Shown: positions 21,601 to 31,299 of the stretch, piece by piece
Layout: every line of letters starts with the position of its first letter
How positions within the stretch are numbered: position 1 is the first letter of the stretch
NCBI GenBank assembly: GCA_963718235.1
Contig: CAVQYR010000002.1
Coordinates: 96,001-160,000 of the forward strand
Source of the DNA: an uncultured Actinomycetota bacterium
GTDB taxonomy: Bacteria; Actinomycetota; Actinomycetes; JAHEKZ01
Reading direction: 5' to 3'
Length of the DNA stretch: 64,000 bases
Made by a program: the position numbers and the translations under genes
The notes under the pieces: model-generated
Databases searched by the model: none
Told to the model about the DNA's origin: nothing
Seen by the model: the letters and a program-made list of their open reading frames with translations, nothing else

Positions 21601-22521
21601 TCAGGAGTCGATGGAGGCGAGCTGCGCGAGCGCGTTGTCCCGGCCGCCCTTGCTGCGTCCGCGGAGCACGAAGTAGGCCACCACCAGAGCGAGGGTCGAC
21701 CCGACGAGCAGCACGGTCGCGAGCGCGTTGAGCGCCGGAGTGGGTGAGGCCCGCACCGCGCTGTACAGCTTGATCGGAACGGTGATGTTCGCCGCATCGC
21801 CGTAGACGAAGCTGCTCACGACGAAGTCGTCCAGCGATCCGGCGAAGGTGATCATGGCCGACGCGAAGATGGCTGGCATCAGCATCGGGAGCAGCACGGA
21901 TCTCAGGGCTTCGATCGAGGTGGCTCCGAGATCGCGCGCCGCCGTCTCGTACTCGGTGCCGATGCTGACCAGCCGGGACCGAACGATGACCAGGACGAAC
22001 GAGATCGAGAACGTGACGTGGCCGAGCAGCATGGCGCCCATACCGAGCGGAATGGACGTGTAGAGGTTGGTGAAGACGATGTAGAGAGCGGCACCGAGCA
22101 CGATCTCCGGGGTGACCAGGGGGACCAGTGAGATGCCGTTGGCCGCCGCGCTGGTCCTGGTGCGCCAGCGAGTGAGTCCGAGGGCCAGAAGGACACCGAT
22201 GGGGACGGCGATCAGCACCGTCAGGACTCCCAGGACCATGCTGTTCCGCAGGGCCAGCCGGAGGCTCTCGTCGGAGAACAGCGACGCGTTCGGGTCGCCC
22301 CAGTACCACCGGAACGAGAAGCCCTGCCAGCTGCTGCGAGACCGACCGTCGTTGAACGAGAACATGACGGCGACCAGCACCGGCACCAGGGACCAGACGA
22401 TGTAGACCCAGGTGATCCCCGCCAGGAACCATGGTCGTCGCCAGGGGTTGCGCCACGGGAAGGTCCTGGGGGGCCGCGGCTCGAACGCGGTCTGCGCGTT
22501 GACGGCGTCGATCCCACTCAT
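21601..22521 (-). CDS. Polyamine ABC transporter permease (PotC-like)
   Basis: FSFND, PEIVLG, EAA loop ETAARDLGA, SLDDFVVS. Confidence 0.9.
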   Translation of the reverse strand: MSGIDAVNAQTAFEPRPPRTFPWRNPWRRPWFLAGITWVYIVWSLVPVLVAVMFSFNDGRSRSSWQGFSFRWYWGDPNASLFSDESLRLALRNSMVLGVLTVLIAVPIGVLLALGLTRWRTRTSAAANGISLVPLVTPEIVLGAALYIVFTNLYTSIPLGMGAMLLGHVTFSISFVLVIVRSRLVSIGTEYETAARDLGATSIEALRSVLLPMLMPAIFASAMITFAGSLDDFVVSSFVYGDAANITVPIKLYSAVRASPTPALNALATVLLVGSTLALVVAYFVLRGRSKGGRDNALAQLASIDS

Positions 22522-23432
22522 CGGGCGGCCTCCTTGCTGGCCCGCTGGGTGAGGAGCAGGTAGTAGGCCATGAAGATCAGAAGCACGAACGACAGGAGCA
22601 GCACCAACGCGGCCCCGACGTCCTTCTGGGGTCCTTGCAGCAGGTAGAACTCGATCTGGTTGCCGATCATGTTGGTCTTGGGCGACCCGGAGACCAGGGT
22701 GTTCGTGTAGTAGTCACCGGCCATGGGAAGCGCCGTGATGACCAGCGCCGTGATCAGCCCCATGCGCGACAGGGGCAGCGTGACGTGCAGGAACGTGCGC
22801 ACGGTTCCGACCCCGAGGTCACGGGATGCCTCCAGCAGCCGTTGGTCGATCCGGTCGAGCGAGGCGTAGAGGGGCACGATGAAGAAGGGCAGGTACCCGT
22901 AGGCCAGACCGAAGATCACCGTCGCTCCGTAGCCGCCGAGGAAAGGGATCCCTTCGTCGATGACGTTGATGCTTTCCAGGAACCGGTTGAGGTAACCCTC
23001 GGTGTTCAGGATGCTCACCCAGCCGAGCATCCGGGTGATGTAGTTGATCCACCAGGGGGCGAGGATCAGCGCCAGCAGCAGGCCGCGCCACCGACCGGAG
23101 AGCCGGGCCACGTAGTAGGCCACCGGGTACCCGATGGCGACACAGAGCACCAGGGCGGCGAACACGTACTCGAAGGTCCGCACCCACACCGGTGTGAGGT
23201 CGCCGTTGACCGACTCGCTGACCACGCTGCCGAACAGGTCGAACTGCCACTTCAGCGGGTTCCACTCCGGCAGCGGGGTGTTGAAGATCAGGTCGACCCC
23301 GCCGAACGCGACCGCCATGATCGCGTAGAAGGGGACGGCGAAGAGCAGGATCAGCCACACCGTGCCCGGAGTTGCGAAGGCCGGCCACAGTCGCCGGGTC
23401 GAGCGGTCGAACGCCGCGTCCTTCTCAGCCAC
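22518..23432 (-). CDS. Polyamine ABC transporter permease (PotB-like)
   Basis: GYPVAY, YGYLPF, LLEASRDLG, MIGNQI. Confidence 0.9.
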   Translation of the reverse strand: MAEKDAAFDRSTRRLWPAFATPGTVWLILLFAVPFYAIMAVAFGGVDLIFNTPLPEWNPLKWQFDLFGSVVSESVNGDLTPVWVRTFEYVFAALVLCVAIGYPVAYYVARLSGRWRGLLLALILAPWWINYITRMLGWVSILNTEGYLNRFLESINVIDEGIPFLGGYGATVIFGLAYGYLPFFIVPLYASLDRIDQRLLEASRDLGVGTVRTFLHVTLPLSRMGLITALVITALPMAGDYYTNTLVSGSPKTNMIGNQIEFYLLQGPQKDVGAALVLLLSFVLLIFMAYYLLLTQRASKEAAR

Positions 23433-24693
23433 CGGCCTTGAACCTCGCCCAAGCGTTCTGCCACAAGGCGTCGATCTGGGGGGAGGTCTCGTAGAACACC
23501 AGCCCGTTGACGAGGTCGTCCGGCAGCACCACAGCGGTCTCGAGGTTGGTCGGGATGTACCCGTCGCGGATGAGGCCCTCCGCGGTCATGGAGGTCAAGG
23601 GTGCCTGGTACCCGGTCCAGCTGAAGTTCTCGAGGGAGATCTCGTTGTCGAGGATGTCGTTGATCATCAGGTGTCCGAGCACGGGCTTGCTCGCGCCCAC
23701 CGGGACTGCCATGACGTCGCTGCCGACGACTCGGTCCGTGTCAGGGACCCAGTAGCCGAGCACGTCGGAGCTGACGCCCTTGGGCAGGTACTGAAGAGCG
23801 CCGATCATGTCGCCAGACCAGCCCTGGTGGACGGTGGCCGTGCCGTCGGGGATGAAGACGTAGTCCTGGATCCCCACCTTGATGTTCACCAGGTCGATCA
23901 GCTCGATCAGGCTGTCAGTCGCTGCGTTCACCATCTCGGGGTCACCGGTGTTGATGTCAGTGGTGATCCCATTGCGCAGCATCGACATCGCGATCGCCTC
24001 GCCTCGGTCGTCGAGGATGAAGGCCTTGCCTTTGTACTGCTCGTCCCACAGCAGGTCGTAGCCGTTGTCCGGGATCGAGTCGACCCGGTCACGACGGTAG
24101 GAGACGCCGGTCGTATAGATGACGTAAGGGGCGGTGTAGAGGGAGCCGACGTCGTACCAGGGGCTCTGGAAGGGCTCCCACACGTTCGACATGTTGGGGA
24201 GGTAGGTGGCGTTGAGCGGCTGCAGCAGACCTCCGTACACCGACTTGCTGAGCACGCTCGGCCCCGGGAAGACCAGGTCGAAGGTCGACCCCGGTGCGCG
24301 CAGCTTGGCGAGCATCTCGTCGTAGTTGTTGTACGGCGTGACCTCGACCTTCACGTCGTGCTTCTGGCTGAACGCCTTGATGACCGCGGGGTTCATGTAG
24401 TCGGCGTAGTTGAGAATCTTGAAGACGCCCCCGGTCTCGGGCGGGAGACCGTCGTCGATGGGCGGGTTGTCGTCGGTGATCGGCAGGGTGACCGGGTTGT
24501 CCGGCCGGGCCAACGGGTAGGCCCCCCCGGTGGTCGACCCGCCTCCTTCGACCGTGCGGCCACCGCCGTCGCCGCAGGCTGACAGGGCGGCCATTCCGGC
24601 GGCCCCGGCGCCCAGCGCCATCGAGCCTCGCAGGAACATCCGACGGTCGAGCGGCAGGGCTCCGGTGCTCCGGGCCTTCGGGTGGAACGTCAT
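23425..24693 (-). CDS. Polyamine ABC substrate-binding lipoprotein (PotD/PotF-like), Tat-exported
   Basis: DRRMFLRG twin-arginine motif, LSAC lipobox, NYADY, WSGD. Confidence 0.88.
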   Translation of the reverse strand: MTFHPKARSTGALPLDRRMFLRGSMALGAGAAGMAALSACGDGGGRTVEGGGSTTGGAYPLARPDNPVTLPITDDNPPIDDGLPPETGGVFKILNYADYMNPAVIKAFSQKHDVKVEVTPYNNYDEMLAKLRAPGSTFDLVFPGPSVLSKSVYGGLLQPLNATYLPNMSNVWEPFQSPWYDVGSLYTAPYVIYTTGVSYRRDRVDSIPDNGYDLLWDEQYKGKAFILDDRGEAIAMSMLRNGITTDINTGDPEMVNAATDSLIELIDLVNIKVGIQDYVFIPDGTATVHQGWSGDMIGALQYLPKGVSSDVLGYWVPDTDRVVGSDVMAVPVGASKPVLGHLMINDILDNEISLENFSWTGYQAPLTSMTAEGLIRDGYIPTNLETAVVLPDDLVNGLVFYETSPQIDALWQNAWARFKAGG

Positions 24694-24820
24694 TCGGGTG
24701 CCCTCCAGTGGTCCATCGCCCCTCAGGGCGTGCGGGTCATCGTGCCTGATGAGAGACGAACTGTCTGCCCGTTCAGTTGCCCGTTCGGGGAAATGAAACC
24801 GGATCGTGCCCTTGCGCTAC

Positions 24821-24839
24821 TGACTGAACGATCAGTTAG
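24821..24839. promoter_or_regulatory. Putative TetR operator 2
   Basis: TGACTGAACGATCAGTTAG in the divergent potD/oxidoreductase intergenic region, overlapping a TAGTCT -10-like hexamer. Confidence 0.72.
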
Positions 24840-24903
24840 TCTGAGGGATCCGACCGGTGGCCTCACGAGAGGCCTTCTTGCGGCACGGCGATGGGGTGAG
24901 CAC

Positions 24904-26532
24904 GTGAGCGGCACATACGACGCGATCGTTGTCGGGGGCGGGCACAACGGGCTCGTGGCGGCGGCGTACCTGGCCCGCTCAGGGCTGCGGCCGCTCGTGC
25001 TCGAGGCCAGGCACACCGTAGGGGGCGCGGCGACCACCGAGACCCCGTGGGGCCCCGACTACAAGATGACCTCGCTGTCCTACGTGATGAGCCTGATGCC
25101 GCGGGAGATCATCGACGAGCTGCAGCTGCGGCGCCACGGCTACACCATCGTGCCGATGGGGCCCAGCTACCTGCCGCTGCCCGACGGCAAGCGGTCGCTG
25201 ACCCTGAGCGGCGACCCCGCCCACGACCACGAGCAGCTGAGCCGGTTCTCGGCCAAGGACGCCGCCGCCTATCCCAGGTACCAGACCTGGCTGAAGAGCA
25301 TCGCCGACAAGCTGCACCCGCTGCTGCTCCAGCAGCCGCCGAAGGTCGGCTCACGGCGTCCGGCGGACCTGCTCGAGCAGGCCAGGCTGGCGTGGGGCAT
25401 GCGCGACCTCGACGTCCGGGGCTCCGCTGACGTGACCCGGCTGTTCACGATGTCCATCGCCGACCTGCTCGACGAGTGGTTCGAGAACCCCGAGGTCAAA
25501 GGGTTGCTCTGCGTCAACGGCATCATCGGCACCTGGGCCGGCCCCTACGAGCCGGGCACCGCCTACGTGATGATGCACCACACGATCGGCGACGCCGGTG
25601 AGAGCCCCTCCAACGGCAGCATGGGGTCGTGGGGCTACCCGATCGGGGGGATGGGTGCGGTCTCGCAAGCCATCGCCGACTCCGCCCGCTCGTTCGGGGC
25701 CGAGATCAAGGTCGATGCACCGGTGGCGAAGATCCTGGTCCGCAACGGCCGCGCCTACGGCGTCGTCCTCGAGGACGGCACCGAGTACTACGCCGACGCC
25801 GTGGTCGCCGCGACCCACCCCAAGATCACCTTCCTGGACCAGATCGACCGGTCGGAGCTGCCCGAGGAGTTCGTCGCCGACATCGAGCGCTGGCGCAGCC
25901 GCAGCGGCATGGTCAAGGTCAACGTCGCCCTCGACAGCCTCCCGGAGTTCGGCGCCGACCCCGAGCTGACCAACGAGGTGTACTCCGGGGCGATCGAGAT
26001 CTCCTCGACCATGGAGTATGTCGAGCGGGCCTTCATCGACGCCCGAGAGGGCCGCGCGGCACAGGGACCGTTCAGCGACAGTGTCATCCCGTCCACGGTC
26101 GATCCGACCCTGGCGCCCGAGGGACACCACGTGATGTCGATGTTCACCCAGTGGGTTCCGCACACCTGGGCCGACGACCCCGAGCCCGCCGAGCTCGAGG
26201 CCTACGCAGACCGGGTGATCGCCCAGTACGAGCAGGTCGCACCAGGGTTCACCGACAAGATCCTGCACCGCCAGGTGATCGGCCCGCACGAGATGCAGAC
26301 CGAGTACCACCTCATCGGGGGCAACATGACCCACGGCGAGCTGTCGGTCGACCAGCTGTTCCACATGCGACCGGCACCGGGCTACGCCGACTTCACCACT
26401 CCGATCGCGGGGCTGTACCAGTCGTCGTCGGCCACTCACGGCGGTGGCGGGGTCACCGGCATCGCCGGCTACCAGGCCAGCCAGCGCATCCTTCGTGACC
26501 GCAAGCGTCGCGGCCGTCGTACGTCGGCCTGA
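24904..26532 (+). CDS. Phytoene desaturase-family FAD oxidoreductase (PYROXD2-like)
   Basis: GGGHNGLVAAAYLA, GGMGAVS, PSTVDPTLAP, GGNMTHGELSVDQLF.MRP, THGGGGVTG. Confidence 0.88.
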   Translation: MSGTYDAIVVGGGHNGLVAAAYLARSGLRPLVLEARHTVGGAATTETPWGPDYKMTSLSYVMSLMPREIIDELQLRRHGYTIVPMGPSYLPLPDGKRSLTLSGDPAHDHEQLSRFSAKDAAAYPRYQTWLKSIADKLHPLLLQQPPKVGSRRPADLLEQARLAWGMRDLDVRGSADVTRLFTMSIADLLDEWFENPEVKGLLCVNGIIGTWAGPYEPGTAYVMMHHTIGDAGESPSNGSMGSWGYPIGGMGAVSQAIADSARSFGAEIKVDAPVAKILVRNGRAYGVVLEDGTEYYADAVVAATHPKITFLDQIDRSELPEEFVADIERWRSRSGMVKVNVALDSLPEFGADPELTNEVYSGAIEISSTMEYVERAFIDAREGRAAQGPFSDSVIPSTVDPTLAPEGHHVMSMFTQWVPHTWADDPEPAELEAYADRVIAQYEQVAPGFTDKILHRQVIGPHEMQTEYHLIGGNMTHGELSVDQLFHMRPAPGYADFTTPIAGLYQSSSATHGGGGVTGIAGYQASQRILRDRKRRGRRTSA

Positions 26533-26541
26533 GGAGGAGAC

Positions 26542-27741
26542 GTGGGAACACCTGCACCCCAAGCCACCCCGCTGACCACGGGAGATCTCGAGGCGTGCCT
26601 GGTGGGCAGCGGCTCGATGCTGCCGGCCGCGGCGTACACCGACGACGCGGTGCTGCGCTGGGAGCAGGGTCACTTCTTCGAGAGCGGTTGGGTGTGCCTC
26701 GGTCGGGCCGACGGGCTTGCGGAGCCGGGTCAGCGCCGAGCGGTGCAGGTCGGCAACGACGGAGTGCTGCTCGTCCGCGGGCGCGACGGCGTGCTGCGCG
26801 GGTTCGCCAACGCCTGCCGCCACCGGGGTCACGAGCTGTTGCCGTGCGGCAGCAGCGCCAGTGGCGCCTTCCTTCGCTGCCCCTACCACGCCTGGGTGTA
26901 CGACACCACGGGCCAGCTGTACGGCGTCCCGCCCATGCACGCCGCCGACGTCCCCGACAAGGAGCCGCTCGGGCTCATCCCCTTCGCCGTCACCGAGTGG
27001 CACGGCTTCGTCTTCGTCAACACCTCCGGCGACGCCCCGCCGATCGAGCAGTACCTGGGTGGTCTGGAGGAGGTGGTCGCGCCCTACGGCCTGGAGTCGC
27101 TGAAGGTGGCCGAGACCCACGAGTACGAGCTGGCCACCAACTGGAAGCTGATCGTGGAGAACTACCACGAGTGCTTCCACTGCGACCAGATCCACCCCGA
27201 GCTGTGCCAGGTGTCCGACCCCGACTCCGGCACGCACGTCGTGGGCAACGGACTGTGGCTCGGCGGGACGATGTGGCTGAACGAGGGCGCGGAGACCATG
27301 TCGCTCGACGGACGGTCCGGTGGGGTGATGATCCCCGGCGTTCCGGAGGCGCGGCGACGTGACATCGTCTACATCCACGTCTTCCCGAACCTGCTGGTCA
27401 GCCTGCACCCTGACTACGTGATGACGCATCGGATGGTGGCCCTGGCGCCGGACCGCACCGCGGTGGAGTGCCAGTGGCTGTTTCCCGCTGCGGCTTTCGA
27501 GCGCCCGGGCTTCGACCCGGCGTACGCAGCGGACTTCTGGGACCTCACCAACCGGCAGGACTGGGGTGCCTGCGAGAGCGTGCAGCGAGGGCTGACCACG
27601 CGGGGCTTTCGCCCCGGGCCGCTGTCGACCTCGACCGAGTACGTCGTGAAGTCGTTCGTCGACATGACCGCGCGCGGCTACCTTGCCGGCAGCCTTCCCG
27701 TTCCCGAACCCGTTGCCGAGACCACCATCAGCCCAGCCTGA
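26542..27741 (+). CDS. Rieske non-heme iron oxygenase alpha subunit (choline/betaine monooxygenase-like group)
   Basis: CRHRG...CPYHAW Rieske motif; NWK...ENYHECFHC...HP iron motif; QDWGACESVQRG. Confidence 0.9.
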   Translation: MGTPAPQATPLTTGDLEACLVGSGSMLPAAAYTDDAVLRWEQGHFFESGWVCLGRADGLAEPGQRRAVQVGNDGVLLVRGRDGVLRGFANACRHRGHELLPCGSSASGAFLRCPYHAWVYDTTGQLYGVPPMHAADVPDKEPLGLIPFAVTEWHGFVFVNTSGDAPPIEQYLGGLEEVVAPYGLESLKVAETHEYELATNWKLIVENYHECFHCDQIHPELCQVSDPDSGTHVVGNGLWLGGTMWLNEGAETMSLDGRSGGVMIPGVPEARRRDIVYIHVFPNLLVSLHPDYVMTHRMVALAPDRTAVECQWLFPAAAFERPGFDPAYAADFWDLTNRQDWGACESVQRGLTTRGFRPGPLSTSTEYVVKSFVDMTARGYLAGSLPVPEPVAETTISPA

Positions 27742-27751
27742 GGAGCCCGAC

Positions 27752-29131
27752 ATGTCGGTGATCGACACCCCCGCAGTGGCCCGTGACCTCTCGCGCCTCG
27801 ACGCGCTGATCACCGAGCAGGAGCAGGTGATGCTGGCCCGCACGAGCCGCTCGCAGGCGCTGCGGGCCGAGGCCGGAACGGTGCTGGCTGGGGGCGTCTC
27901 CTCCAGCTGGCAGGACGCCCCACCGTGCGCCGTCTGGATCGCCGAGGGCCGCGGGTCGAGGGTCTGGGACGCCGACGGCAACGAGTACTCCGACTTCCAC
28001 GGCGGTTTCGGCGTCGGGGTCGCCGGGCACGCGCACCCGGCCATCGTGGCCGCCGTCACCGAGCAGGTGCGGCGCGGCACCCACTTCGCCCAGCCGGTCG
28101 AGGACTCCATCATCGTGGCCCGTGAGTTGGCCCGGCGCTTCGGCCTTCCGCTGTGGCGCTACAACAACTCCGGCACCGAGTCGACCATGGACGCGTTCCA
28201 CCTGATGCGGATCGCCACCGGACGCCCCAAGGTGCTCAAGGTCGAGGGCAGCTACCACGGCCACCACGACAGCGCGCAGGTGTCGACCTACCCCGACGCC
28301 GACGCGGCCGGCTCGGCGCTGGCGCCGCACTCGGTGCGCTACAACGCGGGCATCCCCGAGGCGTTCGCCGAGCTGACCGTGATCGTTCCGTTCGGCGACC
28401 TCGAGGCCGTCGAGCGTGCGTTGACGACCCATGCCGGCCAGGTCGCGGGCATGATCATCGAGCCGATCATGATGAACATCGGGCTGATCCCGGCACCGGC
28501 GGGCTACCTGCAGGCGCTGAAGGACCTCCTGCATGCCCACGGCGCGTACCTGGCCTTCGACGAGGTGAAGACCGGTTTCGGGGTCGCCGCCGGCGGGGCC
28601 ACCGAGGTCTTCGGCGTCCAGCCCGACCTGGTCTGCGTGGCCAAGGCGATGGCCGGTGGGCTGCCGTGCGGGGCGATCGGCGGTGTTCCGGAGCTCATGA
28701 ACCTGATCACCGACCGCGTCTACGAGCAGGTCGGCACGTTCAACGGCAACCCGCTGACCATGGCCGCCGCCCGGGCCACCCTCACCGAGGTGCTCACCGA
28801 CGACGCCTACCGGCACCTCGACGTCCTGCGGGAGCGGCAGGTGGCCGGCTGTGAGCGGGTGCTGGCCGAGTACGGGCTGCCCGGCTACGTGCAGGCGATG
28901 GGGGCCAAGGGCGCGGTGATCTTCACCGACCACCTCAACAACTACCGCGACTTCTTGGACTACGACGACCAGTGGGGCAACGCGCACTGGCTGTTCCAGC
29001 AGAACGGGGGAGTGGCGCTGCCTCCGTGGGGCAAGTGCGAGCAGTGGACGATGTCGGTGCAGCACCAGACCGACGACGTAGACCGGTTCGTCACCAACTT
29101 CGAGACGATGGCTCAAGCCCTGCGCGCCTGA
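27752..29131 (+). CDS. Class III PLP aminotransferase (glutamate-semialdehyde aminomutase-like)
   Basis: NSGTES, YHGHHD, FDEVKTGF, AKAMAGG, GTFNGNP; SD aggag. Confidence 0.88.
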   Translation: MSVIDTPAVARDLSRLDALITEQEQVMLARTSRSQALRAEAGTVLAGGVSSSWQDAPPCAVWIAEGRGSRVWDADGNEYSDFHGGFGVGVAGHAHPAIVAAVTEQVRRGTHFAQPVEDSIIVARELARRFGLPLWRYNNSGTESTMDAFHLMRIATGRPKVLKVEGSYHGHHDSAQVSTYPDADAAGSALAPHSVRYNAGIPEAFAELTVIVPFGDLEAVERALTTHAGQVAGMIIEPIMMNIGLIPAPAGYLQALKDLLHAHGAYLAFDEVKTGFGVAAGGATEVFGVQPDLVCVAKAMAGGLPCGAIGGVPELMNLITDRVYEQVGTFNGNPLTMAAARATLTEVLTDDAYRHLDVLRERQVAGCERVLAEYGLPGYVQAMGAKGAVIFTDHLNNYRDFLDYDDQWGNAHWLFQQNGGVALPPWGKCEQWTMSVQHQTDDVDRFVTNFETMAQALRA

Positions 29132-29143
29132 CCTCTCCCACCC

Positions 29144-29211
29144 CAAGTTGATCTTGGACTTGATGTGCCAGGTCGACGCTTTCGACCGACATCTTCTCCA
29201 TGATCAACTTG
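29144..29211. repeat. 68-bp terminally palindromic dispersed repeat (REP/MITE-like), copy 2, inverted
   Basis: Reverse complement matches 10842-10909; contains the stop codon of the minus-strand ligase gene. Confidence 0.88.
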
Positions 29212-31270
29212 TGGGGGGTGATGTGGTGCGGGCGACGGCATCGACGGCGACGGCGCCATCGGGACCGGCGAGCACCGGGTTCAGCTCGAGCAGCTGCAGA
29301 TCGTGCTCCAGCAGGACGTCGCCCACCCGCGCGGCCAGCGACGCCAGCGCAGCCAGGTCGACCGGCTCGCTGCCCCGCACGCCGGTGAGCAGCGGCGCGG
29401 CCCGAAGACCCCGGAGAGCCCGCTCGACCCGACCGGGCGTGGCGGGCAGGGGGAGGACGGCGGCGTCGTCGAGCACCTCGACCCACACCCCCCCGAGCGC
29501 GATCACGAGACTGGGCACCACGCCGTCACGGTGAGCCGCCACGAGCAGCTCGACGCCGGGCTGCGACATCACCTCGACCAGCAGCGGGGTCTGCTCATGG
29601 CCGGGAATCCGTTGCAGCCGCAGGGCCGCCGCTCGCACGGCGTCGGCGTCGGTCAGGCCCAGGGCGATCGCGCCGATGTCGGTCTTGTGCTGCAGGTCGG
29701 CGTGGGTCAGCTTCAGCGCCACCGGGGTGCCCAGCCGCACCGCAGCCGCGACCGCGGTGTCGGGATCGGCGACCACCTCGCCGTGCGGCACCGCCACTCC
29801 CGCCTCGCGCAGCAGCGCCTTGGCCTCGTGCTCGGCCAGCCACCGGCCCGGCTCCCCGACGTGGCGTGCGGCAACCGCCACCCGTCGCAGCCAGGTCGGG
29901 TCGCCGAACGGGCGACACATCGCCGCCGCCACCACGAGCCCGGTCCGCAGCCCCCACACCGCGGGCAGCCCTTGCGCGTGCAGGCGGTGGATCGTCGCCT
30001 CGGGCAGCAGGTCCGGCAGGGTCGAGGAGACGACGACGCCGGTGTCGGTCCGCGCCGCGCCCTCGGCGATCCCGTCGAGGGTCGCCGCCCACGCGTCTGC
30101 GCTCGGCTCGTCCATGTCCTGCGGCTCGTCGTAGTACGCCAGCACCTGCCCGACCGCTGGGTCCTCGGCGGTCGTCGCCACGATCGAGCCGATCAGCTCG
30201 ATGTCGCCCCAGATCAGTGCGGTGTAGTCGAGCGGGTTGCCGACGGTTGCCGCGTCGGGCACGAGGTCGGTCAGCGCGTCGGCCGTCTTGGCCGCCAGGG
30301 GTGGCAGCACGATCCCCAGGCCCTCGGCGACGTCGGCACTGGTCGAAGCGTCGCCGCCGGAGCACGTGACGACGGCGACGCCGCCGACCTGTCGGCGTCC
30401 TACCGCCATGGCCTTCGCCGTCTCGAGCAGCTCGTGCGGATCGTCGACCCACGCGGCGCCTGCCTCCTCGACCAGAGCCCGCAGGACGCGTGCGTCACTC
30501 GCCACCGCGCCGGTGTGGGCCGCTGCCGACGAGGCGCCGAGCGTGCTGCGCCCTGACTTCAGCACGGCGACACCGATGCCGCGCTCGGCGCAGGCCGCGA
30601 GGGCCTCCGCCAGCCGCGGGCCGTCGCCGTCGGACTCGAGGTAGCAGGCGACCGACCGCACGCCGTCGAGCTCGGTCAGCGCGTTCAGGTAGTCGGCGGC
30701 GTCGAGGACGGCCTGGTTGCCGCACGACACGACCGTGTGCAGCCTCAGGCCCCGTCGCGTGCCGAGCGCGTTCACCGAGACGTTGCCGCTCTGCGAGACC
30801 ACGGCCACCGACCCGGCCTCGCTGAGGTGGTAGCCGTCACCCCACAGCGGCGCGCGGTTGTGCAGCGAGATCAACCCGTTGCCGTTGGGTCCGCAGACCG
30901 GGAGCTGATGGCGAAGGGCGACCTCCCGCAGCTGCGCCTGCAACGGCTTGCCGTGCGGGACCTCGCCGAACCCGGCAGCGATGACGACGGCCCCGCCGCA
31001 GCCCAGCTGCCCAGCCTCGTCGAGGATCCCCGGCACCGTTGCCGCCGGCGTGGCGATGACGAGGGCGTCGGGCACCTCGGGCAGGTCGGACAGGGACGGG
31101 AAGCACGGAACGCCGTACAGCTCGCGGCTCGTCGGGTGGACGCCGAACACCGGGCCGGGGAACTGTGCCTCGACCAGGTTGGCCACCGCCTGGTTGCCGT
31201 AGGTGCCCAGCCGGGTCGAGGCGCCGACCACGGCGACCGACCGGGGGGCGAGCAGGCGGTGCAGGTTCAT
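29204..31270 (-). CDS. Acyl-CoA synthetase (NDP-forming), fused alpha/beta
   Basis: PRSVAVVGAS, GPNGNG, SQSG, AAHTGA (phospho-His), NPLDY, HKTDIGAI, LELNPV...VDA. Confidence 0.88.
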   Translation of the reverse strand: MNLHRLLAPRSVAVVGASTRLGTYGNQAVANLVEAQFPGPVFGVHPTSRELYGVPCFPSLSDLPEVPDALVIATPAATVPGILDEAGQLGCGGAVVIAAGFGEVPHGKPLQAQLREVALRHQLPVCGPNGNGLISLHNRAPLWGDGYHLSEAGSVAVVSQSGNVSVNALGTRRGLRLHTVVSCGNQAVLDAADYLNALTELDGVRSVACYLESDGDGPRLAEALAACAERGIGVAVLKSGRSTLGASSAAAHTGAVASDARVLRALVEEAGAAWVDDPHELLETAKAMAVGRRQVGGVAVVTCSGGDASTSADVAEGLGIVLPPLAAKTADALTDLVPDAATVGNPLDYTALIWGDIELIGSIVATTAEDPAVGQVLAYYDEPQDMDEPSADAWAATLDGIAEGAARTDTGVVVSSTLPDLLPEATIHRLHAQGLPAVWGLRTGLVVAAAMCRPFGDPTWLRRVAVAARHVGEPGRWLAEHEAKALLREAGVAVPHGEVVADPDTAVAAAVRLGTPVALKLTHADLQHKTDIGAIALGLTDADAVRAAALRLQRIPGHEQTPLLVEVMSQPGVELLVAAHRDGVVPSLVIALGGVWVEVLDDAAVLPLPATPGRVERALRGLRAAPLLTGVRGSEPVDLAALASLAARVGDVLLEHDLQLLELNPVLAGPDGAVAVDAVARTTSPPTS

Positions 31271-31280
31271 GCCCTCACCC

Positions 31281-31299
31281 TGACTGACTGGCCAGTCAG
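31281..31299. promoter_or_regulatory. Putative TetR operator 3 / palindrome upstream of the acyl-CoA ligase
   Basis: TGACTGACTGGCCAGTCAG, 14/19 to operator 2. Contains perfect palindrome CTGACTGGCCAGTCAG and lies between TTGACT and CAGGGT on the minus strand. Confidence 0.55.

Noticed and set aside
24904-26532. crtI carotenoid desaturase call
   Set aside because: No crt genes nearby; motifs fit the PYROXD2-like subgroup.
27752-29131. hemL (heme biosynthesis) call
   Set aside because: GSA-aminomutase-like motifs, but catabolic operon context and no hem genes nearby; left as a class III aminotransferase.
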